A stretch of DNA of 43,111 bases, from assembly GCA_947631285.1 (NCBI GenBank), contig CANRKS010000002.1:1-43111 (forward strand), in the 5' to 3' direction. Below are positions 15,569-25,590 of this stretch, in pieces (position 1 is the first letter of the stretch; every line of letters starts with the position of its first letter). The position numbers were made by a program, and so were the translations under genes. The stretch comes from an uncultured Bacilli bacterium (lineage in GTDB: Bacteria > Bacillota_I > Bacilli_A > RF39 > UBA660). The notes under the pieces are model-generated. The model was not told the origin of the DNA and did not search any database. It worked only from the letters and a program-made list of their open reading frames with translations.

Positions 15569-17482
15569 ATGATAACCATATTTAAAAATAAAACTTGGCA
15601 AAATATCTTGTTAGTTATTTTAGCTATTTTAACAACTATATCATTTACTTTAAATATTTATAATTTAGATATGTTAATAAAAAGTATTTCTTTCAAAAGT
15701 TCAAGTACTAGTATTGAAAGTAATTTAGCTATGTATGGTCCTTTTAAAGTAGGTACTTTTGTCTTACTTGTTTTAGTAATATTTATCTATCTTTTATATA
15801 AAAGATATTATCTTAAAAATAAAAGTGATAGTTTTATTTTTAAAATTCTAGCTAGTTTATTTAGCCTATTTATGATGTTTGGCTATAGTTATAGCGTTTT
15901 AAATAGTTGGGATTTAATTTTTGGAAGTATTCCTTTATTTATATTAGCAATTTTTATCTTTATTGGTTATTATACATTTTTTAAAGTTATTCTTCATTTA
16001 ATTTATGATTATTTATTACATACTAAATTAGAAGAAAAAATAGGCAAAAATAAAATATTAAATTATATATTTAATGAGCATCCTTTTAAAAGTACTTTTA
16101 TTATCCTTTTAATCTGTTGGCTTCCCTATATTATTGCTTTTTATCCAGGAATATTATCTCCTGATCCATCTAATCAAATAAAACAATTCTTTAACTTAGA
16201 TACTCAATATCGAGAATATGTTGTAATGATTGATGAAAATGTTCCAATTACTAATCATCATCCCGTCTTACATACTGTTATTTTGGGAGGTCTTACTTAT
16301 ATTGGTAAAACTCTTGGAAGTGCTAATTTTGGCATTTTCATGTATAGTTTTATACAAATAATTCTCCTTTTATCATTATTATCTTACACTATCCTTTATA
16401 TGAAAAAATTAAATACTCCTTATTTAGTAAGAATAATAAGTTTAATTATATATGCTTTTGTTCCTATTTATCCATTATATGCTATGTCGACTTTAAAAGA
16501 TGTCATATTTGCTATTTTGGTAATTTTCTATCTTCTTAAATTATTCGAAGCCATTAAAGAAGCCGACCAAAATTATTATAATATTAAAAATGTTTTAATC
16601 TTAATTTTATTAATGATTTTGATTCCTCTATTTAGGAATAATGGTATTTATCTAATTTTAATGTCTTTTCCATTTTTATTATTAATTGATAAGAAAAATA
16701 GAAAAAAAATATTAATAGCTTTATTTATTCCTCTTATTTGTTATTTTAGCTTTACTCATGTTTTATTACCTTTTTTAAAAGTAACTCCTGGAAGCATTAG
16801 AGAAGCCTTATCAATTCCCTTCCAACAAACAGCAAGATATGTAAAAGAGTATTCTAATGAAGTAACGGAAGAAGAAAGAAAAGCTATTGATAAAATATTA
16901 ACTTATGATACCCTTGCCGAAAGATATAAGCCAGAAATTGCTGATCCCGTTAAAAATGAATACAATAAATATGCTACCAAAGAAGATTTAAAAGCTTACT
17001 TTAAAGTATGGTTTCAAGATTTCTTTAAACACCCCAATGTTTATTTAGAAGCTACCCTTAATAATACTTATGGCTATTTTTACCCTGATCAAAAAAAATG
17101 GTATGTTTATTTTAATTATGATAAAAGACTAATAAATACAGGGGAAATACTTTATAAATATAATTCTTTAAAAGGATTGCGCAATACTTTAAGTGGCTAT
17201 GCCAATGTATTTCCATACATACCAGGAATAGGTTCTCTTGTTAGTATTGGTTTTAATACTTGGATATGTATGGCCTTATTTGCTTTTATAATTAAAGCTA
17301 AGAGATATAAATATTTAATTTATTTTACTCCCGTTATATCGCTTATTTTAGTTTGTATAGCCTCTCCCGTTAATACTTATTTTAGATATACATTAGGTTA
17401 TACAATGGCAATTCCTATTTTAATTGCTTTAACATTATGGGTTATAAATGATTCTAAGAAAGAAGGAAAGAAGGAAAGATAA
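15569..17482 (+). CDS. large polytopic membrane protein, candidate GT-C-type (YfhO/GtrC-analogous) glycosyltransferase
   Basis: 637 aa with more than 10 predicted TM segments and one hydrophilic loop of about 130 aa (res 410-540). Co-operonic with GtrB-like and GtrA-like genes. Function is inferred from context only. Confidence 0.4.
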   Translation: MITIFKNKTWQNILLVILAILTTISFTLNIYNLDMLIKSISFKSSSTSIESNLAMYGPFKVGTFVLLVLVIFIYLLYKRYYLKNKSDSFIFKILASLFSLFMMFGYSYSVLNSWDLIFGSIPLFILAIFIFIGYYTFFKVILHLIYDYLLHTKLEEKIGKNKILNYIFNEHPFKSTFIILLICWLPYIIAFYPGILSPDPSNQIKQFFNLDTQYREYVVMIDENVPITNHHPVLHTVILGGLTYIGKTLGSANFGIFMYSFIQIILLLSLLSYTILYMKKLNTPYLVRIISLIIYAFVPIYPLYAMSTLKDVIFAILVIFYLLKLFEAIKEADQNYYNIKNVLILILLMILIPLFRNNGIYLILMSFPFLLLIDKKNRKKILIALFIPLICYFSFTHVLLPFLKVTPGSIREALSIPFQQTARYVKEYSNEVTEEERKAIDKILTYDTLAERYKPEIADPVKNEYNKYATKEDLKAYFKVWFQDFFKHPNVYLEATLNNTYGYFYPDQKKWYVYFNYDKRLINTGEILYKYNSLKGLRNTLSGYANVFPYIPGIGSLVSIGFNTWICMALFAFIIKAKRYKYLIYFTPVISLILVCIASPVNTYFRYTLGYTMAIPILIALTLWVINDSKKEGKKER

Positions 17483-17483
17483 A

Positions 17484-18425
17484 ATGAAAAAAATTGCAGT
17501 TTTAATCCCTTGCTATAATGAAAGCCAAACAATTGGAAAAGTAGTCAAAGATTTTAAAGAAGCTTTACCAGAAGCCACTATTTATGTTTATGATAATAAT
17601 TCTACTGATGGTACAGATAAAATTGCTAAAGAAGCTGGCGCAATTGTCCGTTATGAATATAGACAAGGAAAAGGAAACGTTATCAGAAGCATGTTTAGAG
17701 ATATTGATGCTAATTGTTATCTTATGATTGATGGAGATGATACTTATCCTGCTATCCATGCTAAGGAAATGTGTTCTTTAGTTTTAGATGGAAAAGCTGA
17801 TATGGTAGTCGGAGATCGATTATCTAGTACTTATGCTAAAGAAAATAAAAGATTGTTTCATAATTTTGGCAATAATTTAGTTAAATTTTTGATTAACTTA
17901 ATTTTTAAAACTAATGTTAAAGATATTATGACAGGATATAGAGCCTTTAGTTATGAATTTGTGAAAGGATTTCCAGTTTTATCTAAAGGATTTGAAATAG
18001 AAACGGAAATGACTATTCATGCCGTTGATAAAAATTTTAAAATTAAAGAAGTACCGGTAACTTATCGAGATAGGCCTAAAGGAAGTGTTTCTAAATTAAA
18101 TACTTATTCTGATGGTTTAAAAGTCTTAAAAACTATTGAAACTTTATTTAAAGAATATAAACCTAGTTTATTCTTTAATATCATTGCTTTCTTCTTTTTA
18201 ATAATTACTTTTATATTAGGAATACCTCCTTTTATGGAATATTTTAAAACAGGCTTAGTATTAAAATTTCCAAGTTTAATTGTAGCCTCTATTTCCTTAG
18301 TAATTTCCCTTCTTTTATGGATAACAGGTATTATCTTAGAAGTAATTGCCAAAAAGCATAAACAATTATATGAGCTATATTTAAATACTATTGTGAGGGA
18401 TAAAAATGATAAAGAAAATAATTAA
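17484..18425 (+). CDS. family 2 glycosyltransferase, polyprenyl-phosphate sugar synthase type (GtrB/CsbB-like)
   Basis: IAVLIPCYNES, YVYDNNSTDGT, LMIDGDDTY (DxD), two C-terminal TMs. ATG 17484 follows AAGGAAAG; the ORF-track start at 17448 lies inside the upstream gene. Confidence 0.8.
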   Translation: MKKIAVLIPCYNESQTIGKVVKDFKEALPEATIYVYDNNSTDGTDKIAKEAGAIVRYEYRQGKGNVIRSMFRDIDANCYLMIDGDDTYPAIHAKEMCSLVLDGKADMVVGDRLSSTYAKENKRLFHNFGNNLVKFLINLIFKTNVKDIMTGYRAFSYEFVKGFPVLSKGFEIETEMTIHAVDKNFKIKEVPVTYRDRPKGSVSKLNTYSDGLKVLKTIETLFKEYKPSLFFNIIAFFFLIITFILGIPPFMEYFKTGLVLKFPSLIVASISLVISLLLWITGIILEVIAKKHKQLYELYLNTIVRDKNDKENN

Positions 18426-18804
18426 TAACAATTTAATAAAACAAATCATTAAATTTGGAATAGTTGGTGGTCTTGCCTTTTTAATCGACTATGGCATCTA
18501 CACTTTATTAATTTCCGTCTTTAATGTTTATTATATTACCTCTTCCATTATATCATTTACCTTGTCAGTTATATTTAACTATATTTTAAGCATTAAATGG
18601 GTTTTTGATGTTACTAAAAAACAAGGAGTTAAAGAATTTGCTATTTTTGTTATTCTTAGTGTAATTGGTCTTGTTTTAAATTCTTTAATTTTATATCTTT
18701 CTGTTGAATTAGGTCATATTCATAAATTAATAGGTAAGATAATTGCTACGGCAATTGTAATGGTTTATAATTTTATTACTAGAAAAATATTTATTGAAAA
18801 ATAG
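18406..18804 (+). CDS. GtrA-family membrane protein (putative lipid-linked sugar flippase)
   Basis: 132 aa, 4 TMs. KFGIVGGLAFLIDYGIY and ATAIVMVYNFITRKIFIF-type ends are typical of GtrA. Overlaps the GT2 gene by 20 nt. GAGGGA SD. Confidence 0.8.
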   Translation: MIKKIINNNLIKQIIKFGIVGGLAFLIDYGIYTLLISVFNVYYITSSIISFTLSVIFNYILSIKWVFDVTKKQGVKEFAIFVILSVIGLVLNSLILYLSVELGHIHKLIGKIIATAIVMVYNFITRKIFIEK

Positions 18805-18832
18805 AAAAAGCTGCAATATTACAGCTTTTTTG
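18805..18832. terminator. bidirectional terminator (GtrA operon / histidine kinase operon)
   Basis: A-run, AGCTG (18809-18813), 8-nt loop, CAGCT (18822-18826), T-run. Confidence 0.55.
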
Positions 18833-18944
18833 TTTTCGTGTGAGTTTGTAGATTTAAGATAGTTTAACTTTTTCTGATCAATCCTCCTTACATTATCTAC
18901 TATAGAGGATTATTATGTTAATTTAGTGAGCAAAATAAGAAAGT

Positions 18945-20330
18945 TTAAAGAGGAATCTTAAAATAAAAGGTTGATCCTTTATTAATCTTAGTATTAACTC
19001 CATATTCAAAATTATGCTTACTTAATATTTCTTTTACAATAGATAAGCCTAACCCTGTACTTACAATATTACGTTGATGGTTTTTTTCATTTTTATAATA
19101 TTTATCCCAGATATAAGGAAGTTCTTCTTTTTTAATACCCTTACCTGTATCAATTATTTCTACTAAATAATCTTTTTCTTCTTTAGTAATTTTTATTTTA
19201 ACTATTTTATCTTTTCCCGTATAATTAATGGCATTATTTAAAAGATTATAAATAACTTGATTTATTTTTTCTTTATCAGCATTAACCATTACTTTTTTAG
19301 GCATCTCTAAAATAAAATTATAGTTTTCTAAGTATTCCATTACTTCATATCTTTTTATTATCTTTTTTATTTCTTTAACTAAATCATAATTTTCATAATT
19401 ATATAAATACTCATTACTTTCTACTTTAGACATTTCTAAAATATCATTAACTAAATTGGTAAGTCTATCAACTTCTTCCCCAATAATATCTAAATGTTCT
19501 TGCATTTTTTTAGGGTCTTTATAAGAAATATCTTTAATCATTTCAGCATAAGCTTTAATCATTGTTAAAGGTGTCTTTAAGTCATGAGAAACATTAGCCA
19601 TCAAATCTCTTTTAACTTTATCACTTTTCTTAAGTTCATTTTGAACTTCTTCTAAAGTTTTAGATAACTCTTCAATTTCTAAAACCCCATTCTTAGGAAA
19701 TTTGTTATCATATTTTCCTAAACCAATATTTTTGGCTTTAGCAGTAATTTCTTTAATTGGTTTTGTTGTCTTGCGGGCAATAAACATAGAGATTAAAATA
19801 GAACAAATAATCATTAAAAGGACAAAATATATTAGCTGACCTTTAAACATTCTAACAAAACCAGAAGCACTTTCTAAGTTACTATAGATAAATACATTTT
19901 TTTGATTAGTTTTAATAGCATATAAAATGCCATTAGTTTTAGTAGCATAATTATATATTGGATAATAATTGCTAATTTCATTTCCCGTAGAAAAATTATT
20001 AATTATTTTATTTAAAGCTCGATTATTCTCTTTTAAAATACAACCATTTTGCATTGTATTATAATTAAAAGTTACATAATTATCATCAATAACCCTAATA
20101 CATACTTCGTTATCATAAGCTAATTTTTCTGATAAAATATAAGTATCTTCATTACTTTCTTTATAAACATTAACTATCTCATTAAGTCTTTTTATTTGAT
20201 AATTTTTATAAAGAAAATTAAAAACAAAAGACATATAAAACCAAATAAAAAGAATTATACCAACATTAAATATTAGTATAAATAAAAGTGATTTAAATTC
20301 AATACCTTTTATTTTATCTTTTATCTTCAA
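18945..20330 (-). CDS. sensor histidine kinase
   Basis: H-box SHDLKTPLT. N/G boxes NLLNNAINYT, DTGKGI, GLGLSIV. Two TMs flank an extracytoplasmic loop of about 140 aa. Confidence 0.85.
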   Translation of the reverse strand: MKIKDKIKGIEFKSLLFILIFNVGIILFIWFYMSFVFNFLYKNYQIKRLNEIVNVYKESNEDTYILSEKLAYDNEVCIRVIDDNYVTFNYNTMQNGCILKENNRALNKIINNFSTGNEISNYYPIYNYATKTNGILYAIKTNQKNVFIYSNLESASGFVRMFKGQLIYFVLLMIICSILISMFIARKTTKPIKEITAKAKNIGLGKYDNKFPKNGVLEIEELSKTLEEVQNELKKSDKVKRDLMANVSHDLKTPLTMIKAYAEMIKDISYKDPKKMQEHLDIIGEEVDRLTNLVNDILEMSKVESNEYLYNYENYDLVKEIKKIIKRYEVMEYLENYNFILEMPKKVMVNADKEKINQVIYNLLNNAINYTGKDKIVKIKITKEEKDYLVEIIDTGKGIKKEELPYIWDKYYKNEKNHQRNIVSTGLGLSIVKEILSKHNFEYGVNTKINKGSTFYFKIPL

Positions 20331-20973
20331 TTTTATAACCCATTCCTCTTACTGTTTTAATTATATCACGATATTTACCAAGGCGCGCTCTTAAAGTTTT
20401 AATATGAGTATCAACAGTTCTATCATCACCATAAAAATCATATCCCCAGATGTTAGATAATAAATTTTCTCGTGATAAAGCAATATTTTTATTTTCCATT
20501 AAATATTTTAATAAATCATATTCTTTAGGAGTAAGCATTACAAGTTTATTATCAACATAAACTTCATGAGCTAAATCATCTATTTTAATTCCAGCGATGA
20601 TTAAAGATTCTTCTTTAGTATTTCTTTTAATAATAGCTTTAACTCTTGCCACTAGTTCTTTTGGGCTAAAAGGTTTAGTTACATAATCATCTATTCCTAA
20701 GTCAAATCCAATTAATTTATCATATTCTTCACTACGAGCTGAAAGCATAATAAAAGGAATATCTTTTATTTTTTTGATTTCTTTACAAGCTGTATAACCA
20801 TCCATTTTAGGCATCATTATATCCATAATTACTAAATCAATAGAATTATTTTTAACTATCTCTATGGCTTTTAGACCATCTTCCGCTTCATATACTTTAA
20901 AGTCATCTAAAATTAAATATTCTTTTATAACCCCTCTAATAAGGGCTTCATCATCAACAACTAAAATATTCAT
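20314..20973 (-). CDS. OmpR-family response regulator
   Basis: Receiver domain (ILVVDDE, LVIMDIMMP, KPF) plus winged-helix domain (RTVDTHIKTLRARLG, VRGMGYK). ATG 20973 follows GGTGG; the ORF-track GTG at 20982 lies within that SD. Overlaps the kinase gene. Confidence 0.85.
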   Translation of the reverse strand: MNILVVDDEALIRGVIKEYLILDDFKVYEAEDGLKAIEIVKNNSIDLVIMDIMMPKMDGYTACKEIKKIKDIPFIMLSARSEEYDKLIGFDLGIDDYVTKPFSPKELVARVKAIIKRNTKEESLIIAGIKIDDLAHEVYVDNKLVMLTPKEYDLLKYLMENKNIALSRENLLSNIWGYDFYGDDRTVDTHIKTLRARLGKYRDIIKTVRGMGYKIEDKR

Positions 20974-21033
20974 AGAAACCACCTATAAAAATAATATAAT
21001 ATAATTGTGATAAATAAATGAAATATAAATCAC

Positions 21034-22854
21034 TTATTCACTGACAGAATTAACATATACTATCAAATTAGCAACATTTTTAAGACTAGCATTTGCTTTA
21101 ATATTTTGACTGGCAATTAAACCCACCGCAATATCTTCATTATATAAATTATTATCGGGTGTTAGATATTCTACTTTTACCTCAATATTTCTTAAACTTC
21201 CCCAAGCTAAGGCTTCGTTAACTGTTTTTCCTGTAAAATCAGGAACAGTTTCTTCTTTAATTTCCCCTTTTATACCTTTTCCTGCTACTTTTATTTCATA
21301 AGGTGTATTGGCATCAAAACTAAATTCTTTTATAAGGGTTGCTTCTTCTTGTTCCAAATTAATCTTCATCATTTTGATAATATCTTCTAAACTTTCATCA
21401 TAATATCCTAAAGCCGCACTGTAAGTATTAGAACCAGGATTATAAACTTTTAAATCATATACTTCCAAATATCCCTTGGAAGCGGTAATGGCTTCATTAT
21501 CATTTAAAATATTGAAAACCACATCTTTTAAAATACTATAACTAGATAAAATTTGCTCTCTCGATAAATTAGTTACAACATTTTTACTTACTGCCCCCAA
21601 AATATCTTTAAAATCCGTTAAAGTATTTAAAGAAACTAACTTTTTAGCCATTGCTTCCACGATTAATTGTTGGTTTTGAATTCTTTGTAAGTCTCCTCCT
21701 GGTAAAGAATGACGATGTCTTGCATAAGCTAGGGTTTCTTCACCATTTAAATGTTGGACTCCTTTATCTAAACAGATCATGTTAGCAAAACTACGATTAC
21801 TATCTTGCTCACAGAACTTATAAGTAACTTCAACATCAATACCCCCTAGGGCTTCGACTAAATCAACGACCCCTTTAAAGTTAATCTTAGCATAATAATC
21901 AACACTAATACCTGTTAAATCTTTAATTGTATCAATAACACATGTTACTCCCCCCGCACTAGAAGAATTAATTTTAGCTTCGCGTCCCTTTCGACAATGA
22001 ATCGGAACATACAAATCTCTTGGAATACTAAAGACAGTCGCATTTAAGGTATTAGGGTTAAAGGTAAGAAGCATTAAAGTATCGCCATTAAAAGAACTGG
22101 CGGCATCCATTGTATCTTCAGTAGAATCAACTCCCAAAAGTAAAACTGTAAATGGTTCTTTTAAAGTTTTATTATTTTTTAAACTAATATCATTGTTTTT
22201 CTCTTTTAAGCTTTGTTTATAAATAACTTTAGTTTTAGTTTCAATATCTTTAAAAATATCATCACTGTTATTAGAACTAAAATAAGCAATATAATTTCCT
22301 TCTACAAAAGCTCCCGTAATTGTTCCATTATATAAATCATATAACATATCCTCATAAGATGAATAAGTATTTAATTCATACTTAAGATCATGTTTTTCAA
22401 TGATATCTTTCGCAATTTTATATCCTTCAATATCATCTTCATTATCAATTATTCCCACTTTATTTATTTCTTTAGTATCTTTTAAACTAATTAAATAACC
22501 TGTATAAATAGTATTGTCTTTCTCCATTAAATTATCTATTTCTCCATAGACAGTATTAAAAATATAAAAGACAATGAATAAAATAATAGATATCATAAAA
22601 GTTAATAAAGTAAGAAAAGTAAACTTAACTTTATTTTTATTAACCATGTATAAATAACCTTTATAGGCATAAAACATTCCATATAAAATCATAAAGAATA
22701 AAATAATAATTCTAGCCAAGGTTTCAATACCGGTTAACTTAATTAATGATAAACTAAATAAAGAAAAAGAAAGGATAAAAAGAACTATTGTAACTAAATA
22801 GATTATTAAATTCTTTTTATTAGTATATAATAGTCTTTTTAACCTTCTAAACAT
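21034..22854 (-). CDS. LytR-CpsA-Psr (LCP) family protein with C-terminal PASTA-like domain
   Basis: LCP core: TVLLLGVDS, GDTLMLLTFNP, SIPRDLYV, INFKGVVDLVEALGGIDVEV. N-terminal multi-TM region. C-terminal VPDFTGKTVNEALAWGS...IEVKVEY...GLIASQNIKANASLKNVANLIVYV fits the PASTA pattern. Confidence 0.75.
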   Translation of the reverse strand: MFRRLKRLLYTNKKNLIIYLVTIVLFILSFSLFSLSLIKLTGIETLARIIILFFMILYGMFYAYKGYLYMVNKNKVKFTFLTLLTFMISIILFIVFYIFNTVYGEIDNLMEKDNTIYTGYLISLKDTKEINKVGIIDNEDDIEGYKIAKDIIEKHDLKYELNTYSSYEDMLYDLYNGTITGAFVEGNYIAYFSSNNSDDIFKDIETKTKVIYKQSLKEKNNDISLKNNKTLKEPFTVLLLGVDSTEDTMDAASSFNGDTLMLLTFNPNTLNATVFSIPRDLYVPIHCRKGREAKINSSSAGGVTCVIDTIKDLTGISVDYYAKINFKGVVDLVEALGGIDVEVTYKFCEQDSNRSFANMICLDKGVQHLNGEETLAYARHRHSLPGGDLQRIQNQQLIVEAMAKKLVSLNTLTDFKDILGAVSKNVVTNLSREQILSSYSILKDVVFNILNDNEAITASKGYLEVYDLKVYNPGSNTYSAALGYYDESLEDIIKMMKINLEQEEATLIKEFSFDANTPYEIKVAGKGIKGEIKEETVPDFTGKTVNEALAWGSLRNIEVKVEYLTPDNNLYNEDIAVGLIASQNIKANASLKNVANLIVYVNSVSE

Positions 22855-22858
22855 CTTT

Positions 22859-23476
22859 TTATTCTACTCCTTTAAAACTTACAACATAAAGGTGATCATC
22901 TTTTAACATTACAATAACTTCACCTTTACGATAATAGCCTAAATCTTTTTCATAATCCCATTCTAAAACTAATTTATAGGCATTATTCTCTTCATTATTA
23001 TAAGAATATTTGGCATCTTCTATACTTTGAAGACTTATTTTACTAACAATAGGATATTCATTTTTAGTTTTACTACCATCTTTATTTTCTAAATACTTAT
23101 ATAAAGTATCAGTAACATTCAACTTATAATTATCTAAGATATCTGGTAAAACGTAATCACATCCCCCAACATCATATTTACTATTTTTATTGTCTAAAGT
23201 AAATAAATCAATAATAAATAGTTCACTTAAATACTCTGCATATAAATTATAATCGATATTGTCACTATTTAAAAGTCCTTTTAGCTTTTGAAAGACATCT
23301 TGCATTATTTTATTATCTCGATCTTCTAAAACATAGCCATAAGTATCTATTTTATCTATTTCTTTATAAACCATTTCATTATTTTTGGGAAGAAAGAAAT
23401 ACACAGCTAAAATAATAGCAATTAATATAATTAATACTAAAATAATTCTCAGCATCACTTTAAATCTTTTTCGCAT
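22859..23476 (-). CDS. hypothetical membrane-anchored protein (205 aa)
   Basis: One N-terminal TM (LRIILVLIILIAIILAVYFF). The rest is predicted extracytoplasmic. Packed between ltaS and the LCP gene with 2-4 nt gaps. Confidence 0.55.
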   Translation of the reverse strand: MRKRFKVMLRIILVLIILIAIILAVYFFLPKNNEMVYKEIDKIDTYGYVLEDRDNKIMQDVFQKLKGLLNSDNIDYNLYAEYLSELFIIDLFTLDNKNSKYDVGGCDYVLPDILDNYKLNVTDTLYKYLENKDGSKTKNEYPIVSKISLQSIEDAKYSYNNEENNAYKLVLEWDYEKDLGYYRKGEVIVMLKDDHLYVVSFKGVE

Positions 23477-23478
23477 TT

Positions 23479-25500
23479 TTAGTCATTCCTTTTTTTCTCA
23501 TTAAATAAATCATACGTAATTATAGCATTACCAACTTCTAAAGCCCTTTCAGATTTTTCTAGACAACTATTTAAATATTCATTATCTATATTTCCCCTTA
23601 ATTCTTTATATTCTCCCGTTGAATTATTGTAATATATTTCTTTAGTTAAGAAATTACCATTTGGAAAAATAACTATATTATCATCTTTAATATTAAAAAT
23701 ATCATGACCTAAATAATGTTCATCTTTAATATTAAGCATATTAAATAAGGTTGGTGCTAAATCATACATTCCCATAATATTGGCATTTTCACCCTTTAAT
23801 AATTTCTTTAACTTAGCATTCTTAGTCCAAAAGATTAATGGTGTCTTTTTATTTAATTGATGATCATAACTATCATAAGTAATATAAGTTGGATCCATTT
23901 CATCTTTTAATTCACCAGTTACAGGATCATAATTATATAGATAATTCATATCTTTATAACTTAACTTCGCATCATGATCACCATAGAAGACGAATAAAGT
24001 ATTATTAAATTTATCCGAATTTTTAATTAAATCAACAAATTCTCCCAGAGCTTCATCAGCATAATGAGCACTGACAATATATTTACCAACATCTCTTTCA
24101 CATAAATAACAAGTACTAGTCTCTTTACCATATTCATCTATAAAATAATCATTGATATTTAAAGTAAATGATGGATTAGGAGCAAATGGTGAATGATTTG
24201 AAAGCGTAATAAGCGTACCAAAATAATTACTATAACTATCTTCAATATTAGCTAACTTTTCAACAGCTTGACTAAAGAAGAGTTTATCATTAATACCAAG
24301 ACCAACCCAATCAAGATTATTTGGATCTTTACTATTATCATTAAAGGTAAAACTATCTCTATAATACATATCTGTATAGCCTAAACGAGGATGAACATTA
24401 TTCCGATTCCACATAGCTTGATAGTTACCATGCATACTGAAGGTATAATATCCTCTTTCTTTTAAAATCGCTGGTAAAGCTCTAAAGGTATTGTCAGCAT
24501 AACTTACAAAAACAGAACCATTAGATGAAGGAAGTAAACCAGTTAAAGTTATATACTCAGCATCAGAAGAAGTGCCTACTGATACTTGCGGATAGAAATT
24601 ACTAAAGAACATTCCTTCTTTAGATAATTTATTTAAATTAGGAGTAACTTCTTCACCATTAAAGCTTAAGCTCATAAGGAAATTTTGCATACTTTCCATA
24701 TGGATATAAATAATATTATAACCCTCTAAGATACCCGTATATTTATTAGGATTATCATACCTTAAAAGATCTTCATCAGTAAAATAGTCATTAACTAAAT
24801 TATAAGCATCTTCATAACCAAATAAGCTACTTAATTTAGGAATTATCGTTTGAATGGCATCATTTGTTTGATAAATAATTATACCAAACCTTTCCACTAT
24901 ATAAACACGATTCCATTGTTTAGAAAGACGACTATAATCAGAATTAGATGCAGTTAAAAAAGTAAAACCAATAAAGGCTAAAGATACTACTAATGTAGAA
25001 ATAAACATTGGCATCTTTCTTTCTACTTTACCTACTAAATCATAATACGTTGATGATTTTAAAGAATTATGAATATAGTAAAAAATAATTGGTTCTAAAA
25101 CATAAAGGAAATCAATAACTCGTAGTTGAGTATAAACAGAATCAGTTACTGTTTCTAGTTGTGAGACGGTAGAAAGTTCCGCCAGAGAAGCAAAAGAGGC
25201 ATAAAACATATAATAAACGGAATTAATTATTTCAATTAAAGAAAAGAAGATAAGCCAAAAGAAAAAATAGGCAAATTGATTCTTAGGCTTAACCAAATAA
25301 CCAAAAGAACCAATTAATAAAATAAGACCGATATCGGCGATTAAAGGCTTATAATTCCAAAAATTGCCAATCGTAAAATGTCTTACAACCATTGTTCCTA
25401 GAATAGCTAAAATAGTATATGATAAAAAAAGTCTATTGGAATAAACGTATTTTATAATTTTTAATCCGATCTTTTTAATGTAATTAGATAATTTCTTCAT
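23479..25500 (-). CDS. ltaS: lipoteichoic acid synthase family protein (LtaS-type sulfatase-fold)
   Basis: Five N-terminal TMs plus an extracellular domain with IYIHMESMQNF, VGTSSDAEYITLTGLLP, TLSNHSPF, FVFYGDHD. Confidence 0.8.
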   Translation of the reverse strand: MKKLSNYIKKIGLKIIKYVYSNRLFLSYTILAILGTMVVRHFTIGNFWNYKPLIADIGLILLIGSFGYLVKPKNQFAYFFFWLIFFSLIEIINSVYYMFYASFASLAELSTVSQLETVTDSVYTQLRVIDFLYVLEPIIFYYIHNSLKSSTYYDLVGKVERKMPMFISTLVVSLAFIGFTFLTASNSDYSRLSKQWNRVYIVERFGIIIYQTNDAIQTIIPKLSSLFGYEDAYNLVNDYFTDEDLLRYDNPNKYTGILEGYNIIYIHMESMQNFLMSLSFNGEEVTPNLNKLSKEGMFFSNFYPQVSVGTSSDAEYITLTGLLPSSNGSVFVSYADNTFRALPAILKERGYYTFSMHGNYQAMWNRNNVHPRLGYTDMYYRDSFTFNDNSKDPNNLDWVGLGINDKLFFSQAVEKLANIEDSYSNYFGTLITLSNHSPFAPNPSFTLNINDYFIDEYGKETSTCYLCERDVGKYIVSAHYADEALGEFVDLIKNSDKFNNTLFVFYGDHDAKLSYKDMNYLYNYDPVTGELKDEMDPTYITYDSYDHQLNKKTPLIFWTKNAKLKKLLKGENANIMGMYDLAPTLFNMLNIKDEHYLGHDIFNIKDDNIVIFPNGNFLTKEIYYNNSTGEYKELRGNIDNEYLNSCLEKSERALEVGNAIITYDLFNEKKRND

Positions 25501-25590
25501 TTTCTAACCCTTTCAATATATATTATAACAATTTTCACGGCAACTTGTAAATAATTACCCGTTATGATATATTTAGAATGGGTGTTAATT

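Noticed and set aside
17565-18352. Two ORFs (64 aa and 82 aa) antisense to the GT2 gene
   Set aside because: They are embedded in a conserved gene, and their Ile/Lys/Asn-rich composition is what an AT-rich antisense frame would give.
18880-18911. Inverted repeat AATCCTC-N18-GAGGATT downstream of the histidine kinase gene, considered as a terminator or sRNA
   Set aside because: The loop is long and no T-run follows on either strand. The stronger hairpin at 18805-18832 explains termination for both convergent units.
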